Of a stretch of DNA of 64,000 nucleotides, positions 11,601 through 24,283 are shown piece after piece. How positions within the stretch are numbered: position 1 is the first letter of the stretch; each line of letters opens with the position of its first letter. Below the pieces are notes generated by a model. That model was not told the DNA's origin. It saw only the letters and a list, made by a program, of their open reading frames with translations, and did not search any database. A program made the translations under genes and the position numbers. Source of the DNA: Octopus vulgaris (lineage: Eukaryota); NCBI GenBank assembly GCA_951406725.2, contig OX597817.1:97464001-97528000 (forward strand), in the 5' to 3' direction.

Positions 11601-13595
11601 GTAAGTGCTATGCATAAGGCTTGATTGCATGCAACAAGGTCTCTCAAGAACAGGATTTTTGTCCTGTTACTGAGTGTTAGCAGTCCTCTGATGTTCAGTA
11701 GGAGCATCAAGGTGATGTGTGTGCTGTTGCCGGTGGTGTCCACCTTGGATCTATTTGCTGTGGCGATCTTGTGTATTGTGGATAGTCCCATCTGCGAGTT
11801 TGAGTTTGATAGAGCCAGTTTAGCTGCTGTACAATCTTTTGTGCCATGCACAAAAAAGATTCTTGTTCAGCAGCTGCCCTTTCAATAACATGTTGGTGGT
11901 TTGTAGCACGCACTACATCTGCGTACCTCTGTTTTGGGGCAGGTGGTGCGTGGTCCATTCCTTTTCCTTTTGGTAGCTGGTTTCTGCCCTGTTTCATGTT
12001 TATGTGGCAGGGTCTTTGGTGTGCAAAACGGCAGCCTGCACCTTCCTCTCCATGCCAGCAGACACCTTTCAGGTAGAATTTACACATTTGTGTGTGCTGT
12101 CTCTTTCTATCCTTTTAAGTATATGGATAGTCAGGTTTGCTTCTATCCTTGGTTGTTTCATCTTTTGGTTTTGTTTGAGTTTTAGTTTTTCCTTCTTTGG
12201 CTGTTTCATCTATTGTTTTTCTTTTAGTTTTTTCTCCTTTTACTTCTTTTTTGGCTCTTTCATCTCCATGGTTTTGGCTTTTGGTGCTGGTAGGGGCACT
12301 TGCACTTGGGTTTACTTCCCGTGCAGGTTTCTCACTTGAATCTTCTTTGTTGTCCTGGGTGTCTACCAAGTGGGGGTGACATCTTTCATCAGCACCCATG
12401 CCTCAATCCTTGCCATCTTTACTCTGTTCGTTGTCAAAGATGGCATCAAGCGTGCCGATGTGGGATCTTATGAGTGCATAGGAGTGTATAAACACCTGCT
12501 TCTTACGCTCTATCTGTGCTAACGTCCTTGTGCAACCATTGCTATTCAGCGCAGCTGTAATTATGTTGTTCGGATTATCTCTGTCGGCCCATCAAAAGGC
12601 TCTTAGGAACGCCAATTCCATGCTCCTCCAGGTTCTGGACATTTTTGGATATTTTATTTATTTATCTATCTAATTATATTTAAAATTAAAAGTGTGATAG
12701 AGGGTAGAGAAGAAATAGAGAAAGAAAGTGTCTATGTATTTAGAGAGATTGAGAGCTGAGAGAAGATAAGAAGAGTGTAAGAGAGAGTGAGAGGAGAAAG
12801 TTCACGTCTATATATTTAGAAAGATTGAGAGGCTGAGAGAGGAAAGATGGTGTGATAGAGAGAAGTGGAGAAGTGAAGAGACAGAGAAAGAGGCGTGAGG
12901 GAGAGAAGTGAAGAGACAGAGAGAGAAAGAAATGAAAGAGAGGAGGTTATGCAAAAGATTGAGTGGCTGAGAGTGAAAGATGGTGTGATAGAGAAAGAGA
13001 TGAAAGAGAGGAAGTGATGCAAAAGATTGAGCGGCTGAGAGAAGATAAGAAGTAAGTGAGAGTCTATAGATTTAGGAAGATTGAGCGGCTGAGAGAAGAA
13101 AGATGGTGTGATAGAGAGAAGTGAAGAGACAGGGAGAGAAAGAAAAGAAAGAGAGGAGGTTATGCAAGAAATAAATATATATCTACCTGCCGCTACAAAG
13201 TTTTCTTCTAAGCTAATTATAAATATCTATTTATTCACGACTACAAGAGAAGTGAAGAGACAGAGAGAGAAAGAAATGAAAGAGAGGAGGTTGTGCAACA
13301 AATAAATATATACGTATCTGCAGCTACGAAAGTTCTATGAGAGTTTTCTTTTGAACTAATACGACTATATTTCTAGTGTTCGGGTCTATATATTTAGGAA
13401 GATTGAGAGGCTGAGTAAAAATAAAGAAAAAAAAATATGTGGCTGTGTGGTAAGTAGCTTGCTAACCAACCACATGGTTCTGGGTTCAATCCCACTGCGT
13501 GGCATCTTGGGCAAGTGTCTTCTGCTATAGCCCCGGGCCGACCAATGCCTTGTGAGTGGATTTGGTAGATGGAAAACTGAAAGAAGCCTGTCGTA

Positions 13596-13640
<45 letters not shown>

Positions 13641-14630
13641 GTGTGTATGTGTGTGTGTTTGTCCCCCTAGCATTGCTTGACAACCGATGGTGTGTTTACG
13701 TCCCCGTCACTTAGTAGTTCGACAAAAGAGACCGATAGAATAAGTACTGGGCTTACAAAGAATAAGTCCCGGGGTCGATTTGCTCGACTAAAGGCGGTGC
13801 TCCAGCATGGCCGCAGTCAAATGACCGAAACAAGTAAAAGAGTAAAAAGCAACAAATAAATATATGCCTATCTAAAGTTGAATAGTTATAAAGAGATATA
13901 GTGAGAAAATGACAAAAATGAAGCTGTAACAGAAATTGAAAGATTATTAACAGAATGTAAATTATAAATATATACCTGTCCGTAGCTACAAACGTTTTCT
14001 TCTATACTAAACTAATTGCGACTATACTTCTAATGTTCCCGTCTATATATTTAGGGAGATTGAGGGGCTGAGTAAATATATATATATATAAATAAAGCAA
14101 CAAATAAATATATGCCTATCTAAAATTGAATAATTTTAGAGAGATGTATTGAGAAATTGACAGAAACGGAGCTGAAACAGAAATTGAAAGATTATTAACA
14201 GAATGTAAACAGAGAATAGGTCCTTACATTGATTTACGGGAAATTAAACAAATGAAAAGGGGTACTTATCTTATAAGAGGTAGAAGTCCCAAAATCGTCT
14301 CCCTATACGAAGAGGTTTTCTTTCAAAAAAGAAAAGAAAAACGGTTCTTTCTGCTTGTTACAGACGATTGGGAATAAACTTAAGAGATGTCACCACGTGC
14401 TTTTTTCAACGAGAAATCTGGCGTGCGTAATTAACTTTACTGTATTGTATTTGGCTTGAAGCGAAATACATTACGGTTTTTAACTAATATATCCTAGTAG
14501 ACCGCTTTGAGATAGCAAGTTCTACGTTTTTTATCAGTTTTCGCTGATTATTTTGTCGATTTATGCAAACCTTTTTGTTTTTTATCACAGAGCAAAGCAA
14601 CACATCTCTACCCTACGAAAGCCAGAAGTA
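8690..14630 (-). mobile_element. Near full-length CR1/L2-group LINE: long repetitive 5' UTR, ORF1 with CCCH finger, APE-RT ORF2 (disrupted), (TAAAA)n tail
   Basis: APE motifs LLNIRGL, ALTETHL, GGVAIY, GDFNLP, LDLCFTN, SDHN; RT motifs QHGFR, YLDFAKAFDKVDH, GVPQG, YADD; tail at 8690-8712; 5' limit approximate. Confidence 0.9.
13436..13849 (+). mobile_element. tRNA-headed SINE inserted in the LINE 5' UTR
   Basis: A-box-like TGGCTGTGTGG, B-box GGTTCAATCCC, internal (TA)n, LINE-like 3' end with TAAAAGA repeats; related copies near 26400-26680, 46705-46860, 58455-58760, 60410-60570. Confidence 0.88.
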
Positions 14631-15003
14631 ATGCTATTCAGATTTTTTTAATTGTTAGTTTGTCACACACCAACTCTTATCTTTCATTTAACACAAGCAT
14701 GTATGTCTTTATCTGCTATTCCATTCAGTATAATTCCTCCCATAACTATTGTCATTTACTTCTTTTCCTCCTCCCTCTGTCTTTATGATTCTTTCTCTCA
14801 CTGTGTGTGTTGGTGTGTGTGTGTGTGTGTGTGTATGCCACAATATATTTTTATATAACTAGATTAGCCTAATTACTATAGGGTACATATAGTCCAGAAC
14901 TATAAGGTATTTAATACAGATACTTGTGTATCCCATTACTATGTGGTACACATACCAATCTGATACATGTAGTCCCTCAAGTAAATCCAGCTTCAATACT
15001 TAC

Positions 15004-15095
15004 CTTTCCTTCTTCCTGTCTGGTTTCCGTAATAAAATACCCAAATTCTCAGGACTACAAATGATATTCAGACTTTCATGAAAATCCTCAAGACT
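15004..15095 (-). CDS. UFL1: UFL1 exon (SLEDFHESLNIICSPENLGILLRKPDRKKER)
   Basis: ttacAG/GTaagt; 92 nt, phase 0 to 2; resembles [29 protein letters not shown]. Confidence 0.92.
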
Positions 15096-15433
15096 CTGTA
15101 ATAAAGATATGTAATTGTTGGGAGCAGGGAACAACAGAGATTATGGATGTCAAATATCACTGTAATCATCATCAACAATGCCAGCACTATCAATGTTACC
15201 TATAACCATCACTGTTATTAATATAACTATCACCAACATCATCATCGTCACCAATATCATCAACACACTCATCATCAGCATCATCCTCATTATCATCAAT
15301 GTCATTATGACAATCATCATCATCATCAATATTTTCAGGTTTGCTTATCCCTCTGATCTAGAAGGATATCATGAAGTTGTAATAAATGGTATGAGAACAT
15401 TAGAGAAAACTGAACAAAGACACAACACTTTAC

Positions 15434-15514
15434 CTTACTGTTAAGCGAAGAATTCAATTTCTTCAATTGGCTTTTTTGTGGCTCTGGTAGTTTAGCAATA
15501 ACATTATTGCGAAC
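15434..15514 (-). CDS. UFL1: UFL1 exon (VRNNVIAKLPEPQKSQLKKLNSSLNSK)
   Basis: tttcAG/GTaaag; 81 nt, phase 0 to 0; resembles [27 protein letters not shown]. Confidence 0.9.
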
Positions 15515-15829
15515 CTGAAAGAAAAATTTTGTGTATGAATTACTGCATCATAATTTCATAAATTCAGTAATCATCTTCAGTTATTGAGACCTAAGTCTCT
15601 GAAGCAAGTCACATACAGCCAGTGTTCTACATTTGACTTCATTATGGCAATTACCATACATGGATATACAATATTCTCCCTTAAATACTGATATTTTGAA
15701 GATCACATAAGTTTCTGCCTGAAATTACCAAGCTGTTTATTCACTCATATGTAGCACTCGTAGTTAAAGGAATAAGTGCTAACTCTACTCTCAGAATTAA
15801 GTATTAAAGCAGGATTATTAGCAGTATTA

Positions 15830-16160
15830 TAATTGCAGGGGATCATAGGTATTATTACATAGGTTCTTCTGCTACTATTTGGAAATTTAGATCACATAAC
15901 CATTCTTTTTCATTTAAGATTAGGAGAAAAGGTAATTTTATGAATCTTAGTAAATATATTTTGGATTTGAAAGACATTAACTACAATATAAACTGGTCCA
16001 TTATTAGTTATGCTCCATCATACAATACTACTAATTTTAAATGTGATCTTTGCCTAGAGGAAAAGTATTAAATAATTACTTCAAAATTAAAATCATTAAA
16101 TTGCGGAACCAGTACAGAAATAAGTATAAAAAAACATTTAAATACTTCAATAGTAAGTAA
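15830..16160 (+). mobile_element. Penelope-like element GIY-YIG endonuclease remnant
   Basis: YYIGSS...LSKYILDLKDINYNINWSII...KCDLCLEEKY, read across frameshifts and stops. Confidence 0.75.
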
Positions 16161-16827
16161 CACCTTCATTTATAATTGCTTTTCCTATAATCTAATAAGC
16201 ATAATTTTTCTAAATTTTTTTAGCTTGATAACTACATGTCATTATGTAGAATTTCAGTTTATTTTTGATTCTTTCATTATCTACTGACATCATAACTTTT
16301 CAGATATATTGATTTGACTGATATTTTGTACTTTTTTTCTAAATCTAAATATGCTGGCACAATGGAACTGATTATCAGTCCTGTATGGTATAATCATGAA
16401 CTAAAGATGTGTTATTCTCCATAAGTGCTCATGTTGTTATATATGTAGAGAGAGAGAGAGAGTCTAACTTAAAATTGGTAACACATATGCACACATATTG
16501 GCATATAATACATTACTTCAAAATATATACTTTGTTTTTACATATTACTCATATGGTACATAAATTTATATTTGTTATTCTCTCTATCTATCTAATATTC
16601 AATATATTAATATAGATTTTACATTCTTTCTTCTCTTTCATTTTCACACAGATGAGGACAGAGCCCAAAGTAATTGCAAATCAGACATGTATACACATGC
16701 ACAAGTATGTACACTCACAATGATGGCCAGTATTTGCAGAAGTGCTTACTGAGGATCCAGCTTGGTTTTAAATCCCCTCTATATGAAGTGTGTGTATGTA
16801 TGTATATATATATATATGTATATATAC

Positions 16828-19800
16828 TGTTACTTTCAAGATTTAAAGAAAATGAACTTGGAAATTTAATACAATAACACTTAATAAGGTACAAAATATA
16901 CAATATTATACAATACAAATGTTATTCTGCAAGGAAATGACAATTATTAATATTGCTGGCCAGAAAAGGACATCAAGTGAATAGAATATACACAAATAAT
17001 CACCAGTAACAGTCTGATCAATGCTCAATATACATTCACTAACAATAAATCCAACCTCCCCTGATATCAGGTCAGCGCTCTCCTCATTTCAAGTGTTCTG
17101 GCATGTTTTCCCCGTCTGCTACCCTTTTTAAAGGCTTTTTCTTTTTCTTCTTTCTTTTTCTCACAGCATAGACTATCCGAATTTTAAAAAATACTTCCTT
17201 TTTTTTTTTTTTATTTCCTTTTTTTTTTAAATGCATGGAATAATGTTCACGTCGCACAAACTTTAAATCGAAATGTTTTTTTCGCGTTCGTAACACTACT
17301 TCTCTTGACCCTAACCCCTCTTGAAAAGAAAGTTTGAATCTGTGTAAACTTCTTTTTAAAAAAATACAATACAATATTAAAAACCATAATACGAAGACAA
17401 TTATATCAACATGAATACAATACATCAACTATAACATTTTAACAACGACCTAGATAATGCATCTACAATAACATTTTTGGTACCACATATGTGTTTAATA
17501 TTTATATGATATTGCTGGGGAATAATAATCCACCTCAGTAATCTCTGGTTGTTATTTTTCATCTTCTTGACCATTTGTTATTGATGTATATACTGATCAT
17601 AGTCCACTTGTTCACAAACACAAGTGGACTATGATCAATAACAAATGGTGAAGAACACAAATATACATCGAAATGCTGTAATGCCAACAAAAGAGCAAAT
17701 GCTTCCTTTTCTATGGTGGAATAATTACACTGATGCTTGTCAAATTTTCTCAAGAAATAACACACTGGATGCTCAATACTGTCATACTCTTGTAATAAGA
17801 CAGAACCAGCTCTGATATCACTTATGTCCACAGCAATCTTGAATGGTCAGTCAAAATCAGGAGCGGTTAATACTGGAGAACTGATTAACAATGATTTCAC
17901 TTTATCAAAAGCAGCTTGACATTCATCACTCCATACAAATTTTGAGCTTTTCTTTAACAGTGATGCCATAGGTGCAGATACAGTTGAGAAATAAGGACAG
18001 AATTTTCTGTAGTAACTTGCCATACCAAGGAATCTCATGATTTCCTTTTTACTTTTAGATACTGGATACTTGACAATGGTTTCCACTATGGCTCATACAA
18101 GTTTGGCTTTACCTTGACCAAGCTCATGGCTGAGATAGATGACTGTTCCTTTATAAAATTCTGATTTTAACAAATTTACAGTCATTTGAGCATCGGAACA
18201 TCTATCAAAGAATGATTGTATTCGTTTGACATGATCAGACCAATTACTACTTACGACAAGTATGTCATCAATGTATGAGTATATACCATCTAAACCATTA
18301 ATTATACAGTTCACCAACCTTTGAAAAGTGGTGCCAGAATTCTTCATGCCAAAGGGCATAACCTGGTATTGGTATAAACCGTCAGATGTTACAAAAGCAG
18401 AAATTTCTTTAGCTCTTTCTGTTAATGGAACTTGCCAGTAACCTTTTAGTAAGTCAAATCTAGTCAGAGACGTAGTTTCCTATCCTGTCAATACAATCAT
18501 TAATATGAGGAATAGGAAATCAATCACTTTTGGTCATACTGTTTACATTTCTAAAATCTGTACAAAATCTAACTGAACCATCTAGTTTGGGTACAAGTAA
18601 ACATGGTGAGCTCCAGTCGCTATTTGATGGTTCTATTATGTCATTATCTAACATGTATTTAACCTCATTTCTAATCTGAGATAATTTGATATGGTTGACT
18701 CAGTATGGGTGCTGTTTTACTGGCCAAACATTCCCCACAACCACATCATGTTCAATAGTGCTGGTCCTTCTGGGACATCAGGGAATAGCTAGGGATACTC
18801 CATAATGAAGGCATTCAGCTCCAGGCATCCATTGTCTTCAAGATGCTTTAATTTGTCATCCAATTTTTGTAGAACATTTGAATTCTTGAGTTTGGCTGGT
18901 TCGTCGATGTCATCAACCACAAAGTCATCTATTGTTAACTCTTCAGTGATTATGGTGACGGTTTGGATATTTGAAGCACTACGGTCATAATACGGCTTGA
19001 TCATATTGATATGGCAAAACTATTCAGACTTTCTTTGGTCAGGGGTTGAGACAATGTAATTGAAGTCACTGATTTTCTTTTAGATGGTGAATGGTCCAAA
19101 GTACTTGGCTTGTAGTGGTGAACTGGGGATGAATAGTAATACCAGAACTTTGTCACTGGGCTTGAATGAATGGCTTCTTGTCACACCAGGTTTTCATGTC
19201 ATCTTGAGATAACTTGAGGTTTTGCCTGGCCATCTCCAATGCACCATGTAGTCTGGTCTTGAAGTCTATCACATCATCTAGTAGGCTAATGGTAACACTG
19301 TCGCCTCCTAGCCACTTCTCCTTCACAAGCTTCAGAGGACTGTGAACAGTATGACCATAGACAAGTTCAAAAGGATTAAATCCAAGGGATTCTTGTACAA
19401 CTTCTCAGGCTGCAAACAACAGTAATGGAACTCCTTCATCCCAATCTTTGGCGTGTTCAGTGCAATAAGCCCTCATCATGTTTTTTAATGTCTGGTTGAA
19501 ACATCCTAAGGCACCTTGTGACTTAGGATGGCAAGTGCCGGATGAGATCTGATAGATATTTCAACTTTGGCCACGAAGTTGGAACCTTTGTCCGACTGTA
19601 ACACTTTTGGGAGTCCAAAAGTTGTGAAGAACTTGACGAGTGGCTTCAAAATATTCTTTAAAATGTTCTATCCCTCAGTGGGATAGCTTCTGGGAATTGG
19701 GTAGAGGCAAATATGATGTCTTAGGTAATGGCCCAACTCAGTCAAGGCTAGAATTGGTTGTAATGGAGCCTTTGGAATGACTTGGTTAGGTTTTCCAACT

Positions 19801-22482
19801 GTCTGGCAGGTGTGGCACATCTTACATTATTCCACAATGCCTTGACGCATCTTTGGCCAATAGAAATGACACAGTCTAAGGGTGTGTTGATGCCCAGATG
19901 TCCAGATAACTTGTGATCGTTGGCCAGGCTCAGTATAACCGACCGGTAACGTCTTGGCATGACAATTTGATGAATAGTGCTCCACTAGCTGTCAGCTGTG
20001 ATGTCAGGAGGTCTCCATTTTCTCATCAGAATATCAGATTTCATGTAAAAGCAGACTGGTACATTTCCAGCTTTGTCTTCGCATAAGGCACAATGTGATA
20101 ATTGAAGAATCTCAGGATCTTCTTGCTCCTTGATAAGCCTGTTCTAATCAAGAGATGTAGCAAATGACTCCTGGTCATTTGTAGAACTCTTACGAGTGTT
20201 GAAAATCTCATTATAGTATATAGATGTATCAGACAAATCAATATAATCATCCTTTGTGGGAAAATGATGACTTTGTGAATGGGTAACAGCACAGGTGGGG
20301 AAAATGTCTGGAAACTCTTCTGTGAGTTGCTCTGCACTGGGATCCTCTATGGGAGTAATGACGACACGAGGCTCTGGAATCACCTTAGTTCCAGCTAAAT
20401 CATTGCCTACTAACATGGAAAATCCTTCAACAAGTATAAATTGTCGAATACTGACAGTCACTGACCCTGTAACCAGTTTGGTGAAAAGGAACCAAAGCTA
20501 CTCCACATTCTCCACCTGAAATAAGCACTCTGGCTCCAATTGAAGTCTTCTCAGAAGGACATTTTCCAAGATCAGACTCTGAGAAGCTCTGGTATCCCAC
20601 AGGATTTTAACGGGCTTCAAATGGGTATCACCAACCAAAGACACCAATCCATCAGATGTGTCAAAAGTACCAGTCTTAGGCACAACAGCAGGCTGGTCAG
20701 GATCAAGAACCTGAGCTTCTGTGGTAGATGAGATGAAGGCATGAGGTATCGAAGGGTTGTTCTTGTTTTCCAGTTTGTAACAATCTGAGATCAGGTGTCC
20801 AGGCTTCTTACAATACGAACAGTGTTAGATAAAAAACTGGGCGTCTTGGTGTTAGAATTTGATGCTTCCTTTTTGTCGCTGTCTTCTTTTCCTTTAGATG
20901 TTTCTTGGTCACTCTTCTTTGGCTGACATTTCTGTGGCTGAAATCTTGATGGCATCTTTTTGTGGGTGAGGGAATACTCATTGGCCAGAGTAGCAGCTTT
21001 ATGTAAATCTGTGGCTTTTTGTTCATGAATATAAGCTCAACAGGTACACAACATTTGAACTCTTCAATTAACAAAATTTGTCTAATTTTGGCATAATCAT
21101 CATTAAGATTATTTGATGAACACCACCTGTCAAACATTATTTCCTTTTCACGGACAAATTCAACATAAGTTTGATTGTCAAACTTCTTGTTGTTGTGAAA
21201 TGTTTGCCTGTAAGCTTCAGGGACGAATTCATGTGTTCAGAATGGTTTGCTTTACATACTTGTAATCATAACTCTACTGGATTGACAAAGAAACAAATAT
21301 TTGTTGGGTTTTACCAGTGAGTACAGACTGTAACAATACTGTCCAATATTCAGTAAGCCATTTTAAACTCAGAGCTAATTTTTCAAATTGAGCAAAATAT
21401 TTGTCAATACGTTTTTCACTGAATGGTGGAACGAGACGAATTTGTTTAGTAACATCAAGCCTCTCGGATTTTTCTTGAGCTTCCTGCCATTCTAATTCTT
21501 CATCTGTAGTTCCAGCTGCTGGTGTTGGCGTATGGTCGCTTCTTTTTCTTTTGTCTTCATCTACATATGATCTCTCTCTAGCTGGTAGTGTAACTCCATT
21601 TCTAACCGTTTAAGTTCTGCATCAGAACTGGTTGTTATTAGTACCAACTGCAATACGTCATCTGGCAGTATGTCGTCATCGACCATGTGTTCAACAACAA
21701 TTCTCTTGATCTGATCTTTATTCATGAACTGTTTTACATCTAGATTATAATCTTCAAGTAAATCTGACTTACTCAAACCATTGATAAGGTCTAAAGAGGG
21801 GTTTTGATCAAATTAATTAATAAATGTATCAAGGTGAAATGCCATGACTGGTTATTTCCAAACAGCAAATAATATAAAATATTTAATTTGAAAGATTGAA
21901 TTTGGAATAATTTACCCTGAAGTGGTTTCGAAGATCTCAGATGTGCCCAGATTAAAGTTAAAATGCTACATGGAAATTTACTACAATAACACTTAAAAAG
22001 GTACAAAATATACAATATTATACAATACAAATGTTATTCCGCAAGGAAATGATAATTATTAATATTGCTGGCCTGTTTTGAATGTCTACACTGTTACAGT
22101 TTTTAGCTCAACAGGTACACAATATCCAGAAAAGGACAACAAGTGGATAGAATATACACAAATAATCACCAGTAACAGTCCGGTTGATGCTCAATATACA
22201 TTCACTAATGATGAATCCAACCTCTCCTGATATCAGATCAGTGCTCTCCTCATTTCAAATGTTCTCTCATGTTTTCTTCATCTGCTACCCTTTTTAAAGG
22301 CTATTTTTTTCTTCTTTCTTTTTCTCATGACACAGACTATCTGATTTTTTTTGTTTTTTCTCTTTCTTTTTGTTTTAAAATGGACTTCGTTTCTTTATTT
22401 CCTTTTCAAACGCACAGAACAATGTTCGCATCGCACAAATGTTAAATTGAAATGATTTTTGTTTTTTTTTGTGTTCGTAACA
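16828..22482 (-). mobile_element. Complete but decayed Gmr1-like Ty3/Gypsy LTR retrotransposon (gag-PR-IN-RT-RH)
   Basis: LTRs 16828-17295 and 21964-22482 (TG..CA), 4-bp TSD ATAC at 16824 and 22483, purine-rich PPT near 17296-17325, degenerate tRNA-Pro-like PBS near 21933-21950, SCAN-like gag, CCHC knuckle, protease, integrase (~19200-20000) upstream of RT (YIDD, ~18270) and RNase H. Confidence 0.93.
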
Positions 22483-22502
22483 ATACAAGCGGTTTCACTC
22501 AG

Positions 22503-23022
22503 AGATAAATATTTCATAAAGGACCTGTTCATACCTCAGTGTGAAATAATTTTGTTCCACGAGTTTTTTCGAGTGCATTCAACATATCTAACCTCCAAAC
22601 CCGCAGCAAGCCACTTTTTCCGGAAAAGCGGTGGAGGGGTGGTGGGGACCTTAGAGTTTCCCACCAACAGAGTTTTGTTTCACAGGTTATTGTTTTTCTT
22701 TTCCACGTTATTTTGCATACTTTCAATGAATGTAAAATCAAAATTGTGCATAAAGGGCTACTTTCCCCAGAAAAAGGAAAGATTTGGCTGCTATTTCTAG
22801 CACGCCCTACTACCACATAACAACTATTTGTGATAAAGGACCCACTGATATTTCACTGTGAAATAATTTTCTGACCCCCTCCCTATCTTTCTTTTCTGGA
22901 AAAAGGTGGCTTGTGGCAGGTCTGGAGATAAGATACATTGAATGCACTCAAAAAAACCTGTGGAAAAAAATTATTCCACACCAAAGTACAAACAGGTCCT
23001 TTAACAAAATATTTACCCAAGG
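22503..23022. mobile_element. MITE-like element with ~150-bp imperfect TIRs
   Basis: 22503-22650 is reverse-complementary to ~22875-23022. Confidence 0.75.
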
Positions 23023-23029
23023 TTGTTTA

Positions 23030-23600
23030 CTGATACACAAATACACCAGTACAGAAGATTTTAAACAATGAAAATAGCTGTAATAATTTTTTTGGTACCA
23101 GAAATTGTTACATGGTTATTTACTGATACACAAATTCTCCAAGACGTTTTTGACTTTTTAACATTTTGATTGTGTTGGTGTACACAAATACACCGGTACA
23201 GATTGTAAACAATGCAAGTAGCTGCAATAATTATTTTGGTACCAGACATCGTTACAATGGTAAACGCTAGAGAGAATGGTTGACAGAATGAAGAGAGAAT
23301 GATAGCGATGTGGTGATGGTGCTGGTATAAAATATCCTTTACTATCTCGTACATAATGAAAGTGCAAACACACACTCACAGAGACAGACACACTCATATA
23401 CAAAATATGTTGTCATTGTGGAAGTCGTGGTATAAAATGTCCTTTACTATAGCATATGTAATGAACACAAAAACACACACACTCACAGACACAAACACAC
23501 TCATACAAAATGTGACGTCGTCATTGTCATGGTGGTGGTATAAAATGTCCTTTAATATAGTCGATTATAGAAAGATTATTTTCAAGAAAATGTTATATTG
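23030..23600 (-). mobile_element. Internal fragment of the Helitron family seen at 53860-55387
   Basis: TGGTATAAAATGTCCTTTACTAT repeats and the 23545-23603 segment are the reverse complement of 53975-54460. Confidence 0.7.
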
Positions 23601-24283
23601 TTTCAATCCTTCACTGGACAATACCTCAACTTCAACTCCCACCATCCATATAGTGTAAAGAGAGGGATTGCTCAGTGCCTAAAACATCAAGCAATGAATA
23701 TAAGTAGCAATCGTGATACCCATCACAAAGAAATGATCAAGCTCAGTAACAACCTATTAAGCAACAACTACCCCAAAAGCATACTCTCCACTCCAATTAC
23801 GAAAAAAGAGGATGAAACTGATAAACTGTCCACAGTCTGTCTACCCTGTATGAAAGGCCTCTCCAAAAAGATAAAAAAGATATGCAGCCCATATGACATC
23901 AGGACAGTATTCAAAAGTAATACAACACTTTGCAAATATCTTCTCAAGTAAAAATACCAATAGAAGAGAATATGACTAAGAACTGTGTGTACTCCATCCC
24001 ATGCAGCTGTGGTAGGTTATACAAAGACGAAACATGCCACCTCCTCAAAATAAGGGTAGAGGAACATCACAAAGCTGTGACACAGGGAGATATTGATAAA
24101 TTGGGTATAGCTGATCATGTATGGAAAAATGGAGACCACCTCCCCCTGTGGGATGAAGTTAAAATAACAGAGAACACCACTGGAAAATATGAAAACTAAA
24201 AGAAGCAGCACATATGCTAGGACACAATGACCTCCTAAGCAGACCAAGTGCAGATATGAACAGCATATGGGAACCAGTATTAA

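Noticed and set aside
13436-13500. tRNA genes (also 25425-25500 and 36970-37045)
   Set aside because: Only A/B boxes are retained, with no complete cloverleaf, and each is followed by SINE or pLTR sequence
16640-16700. Third hammerhead (CAGATGAGGAC...)
   Set aside because: Core mutated and no closing stem II/GAAA could be found
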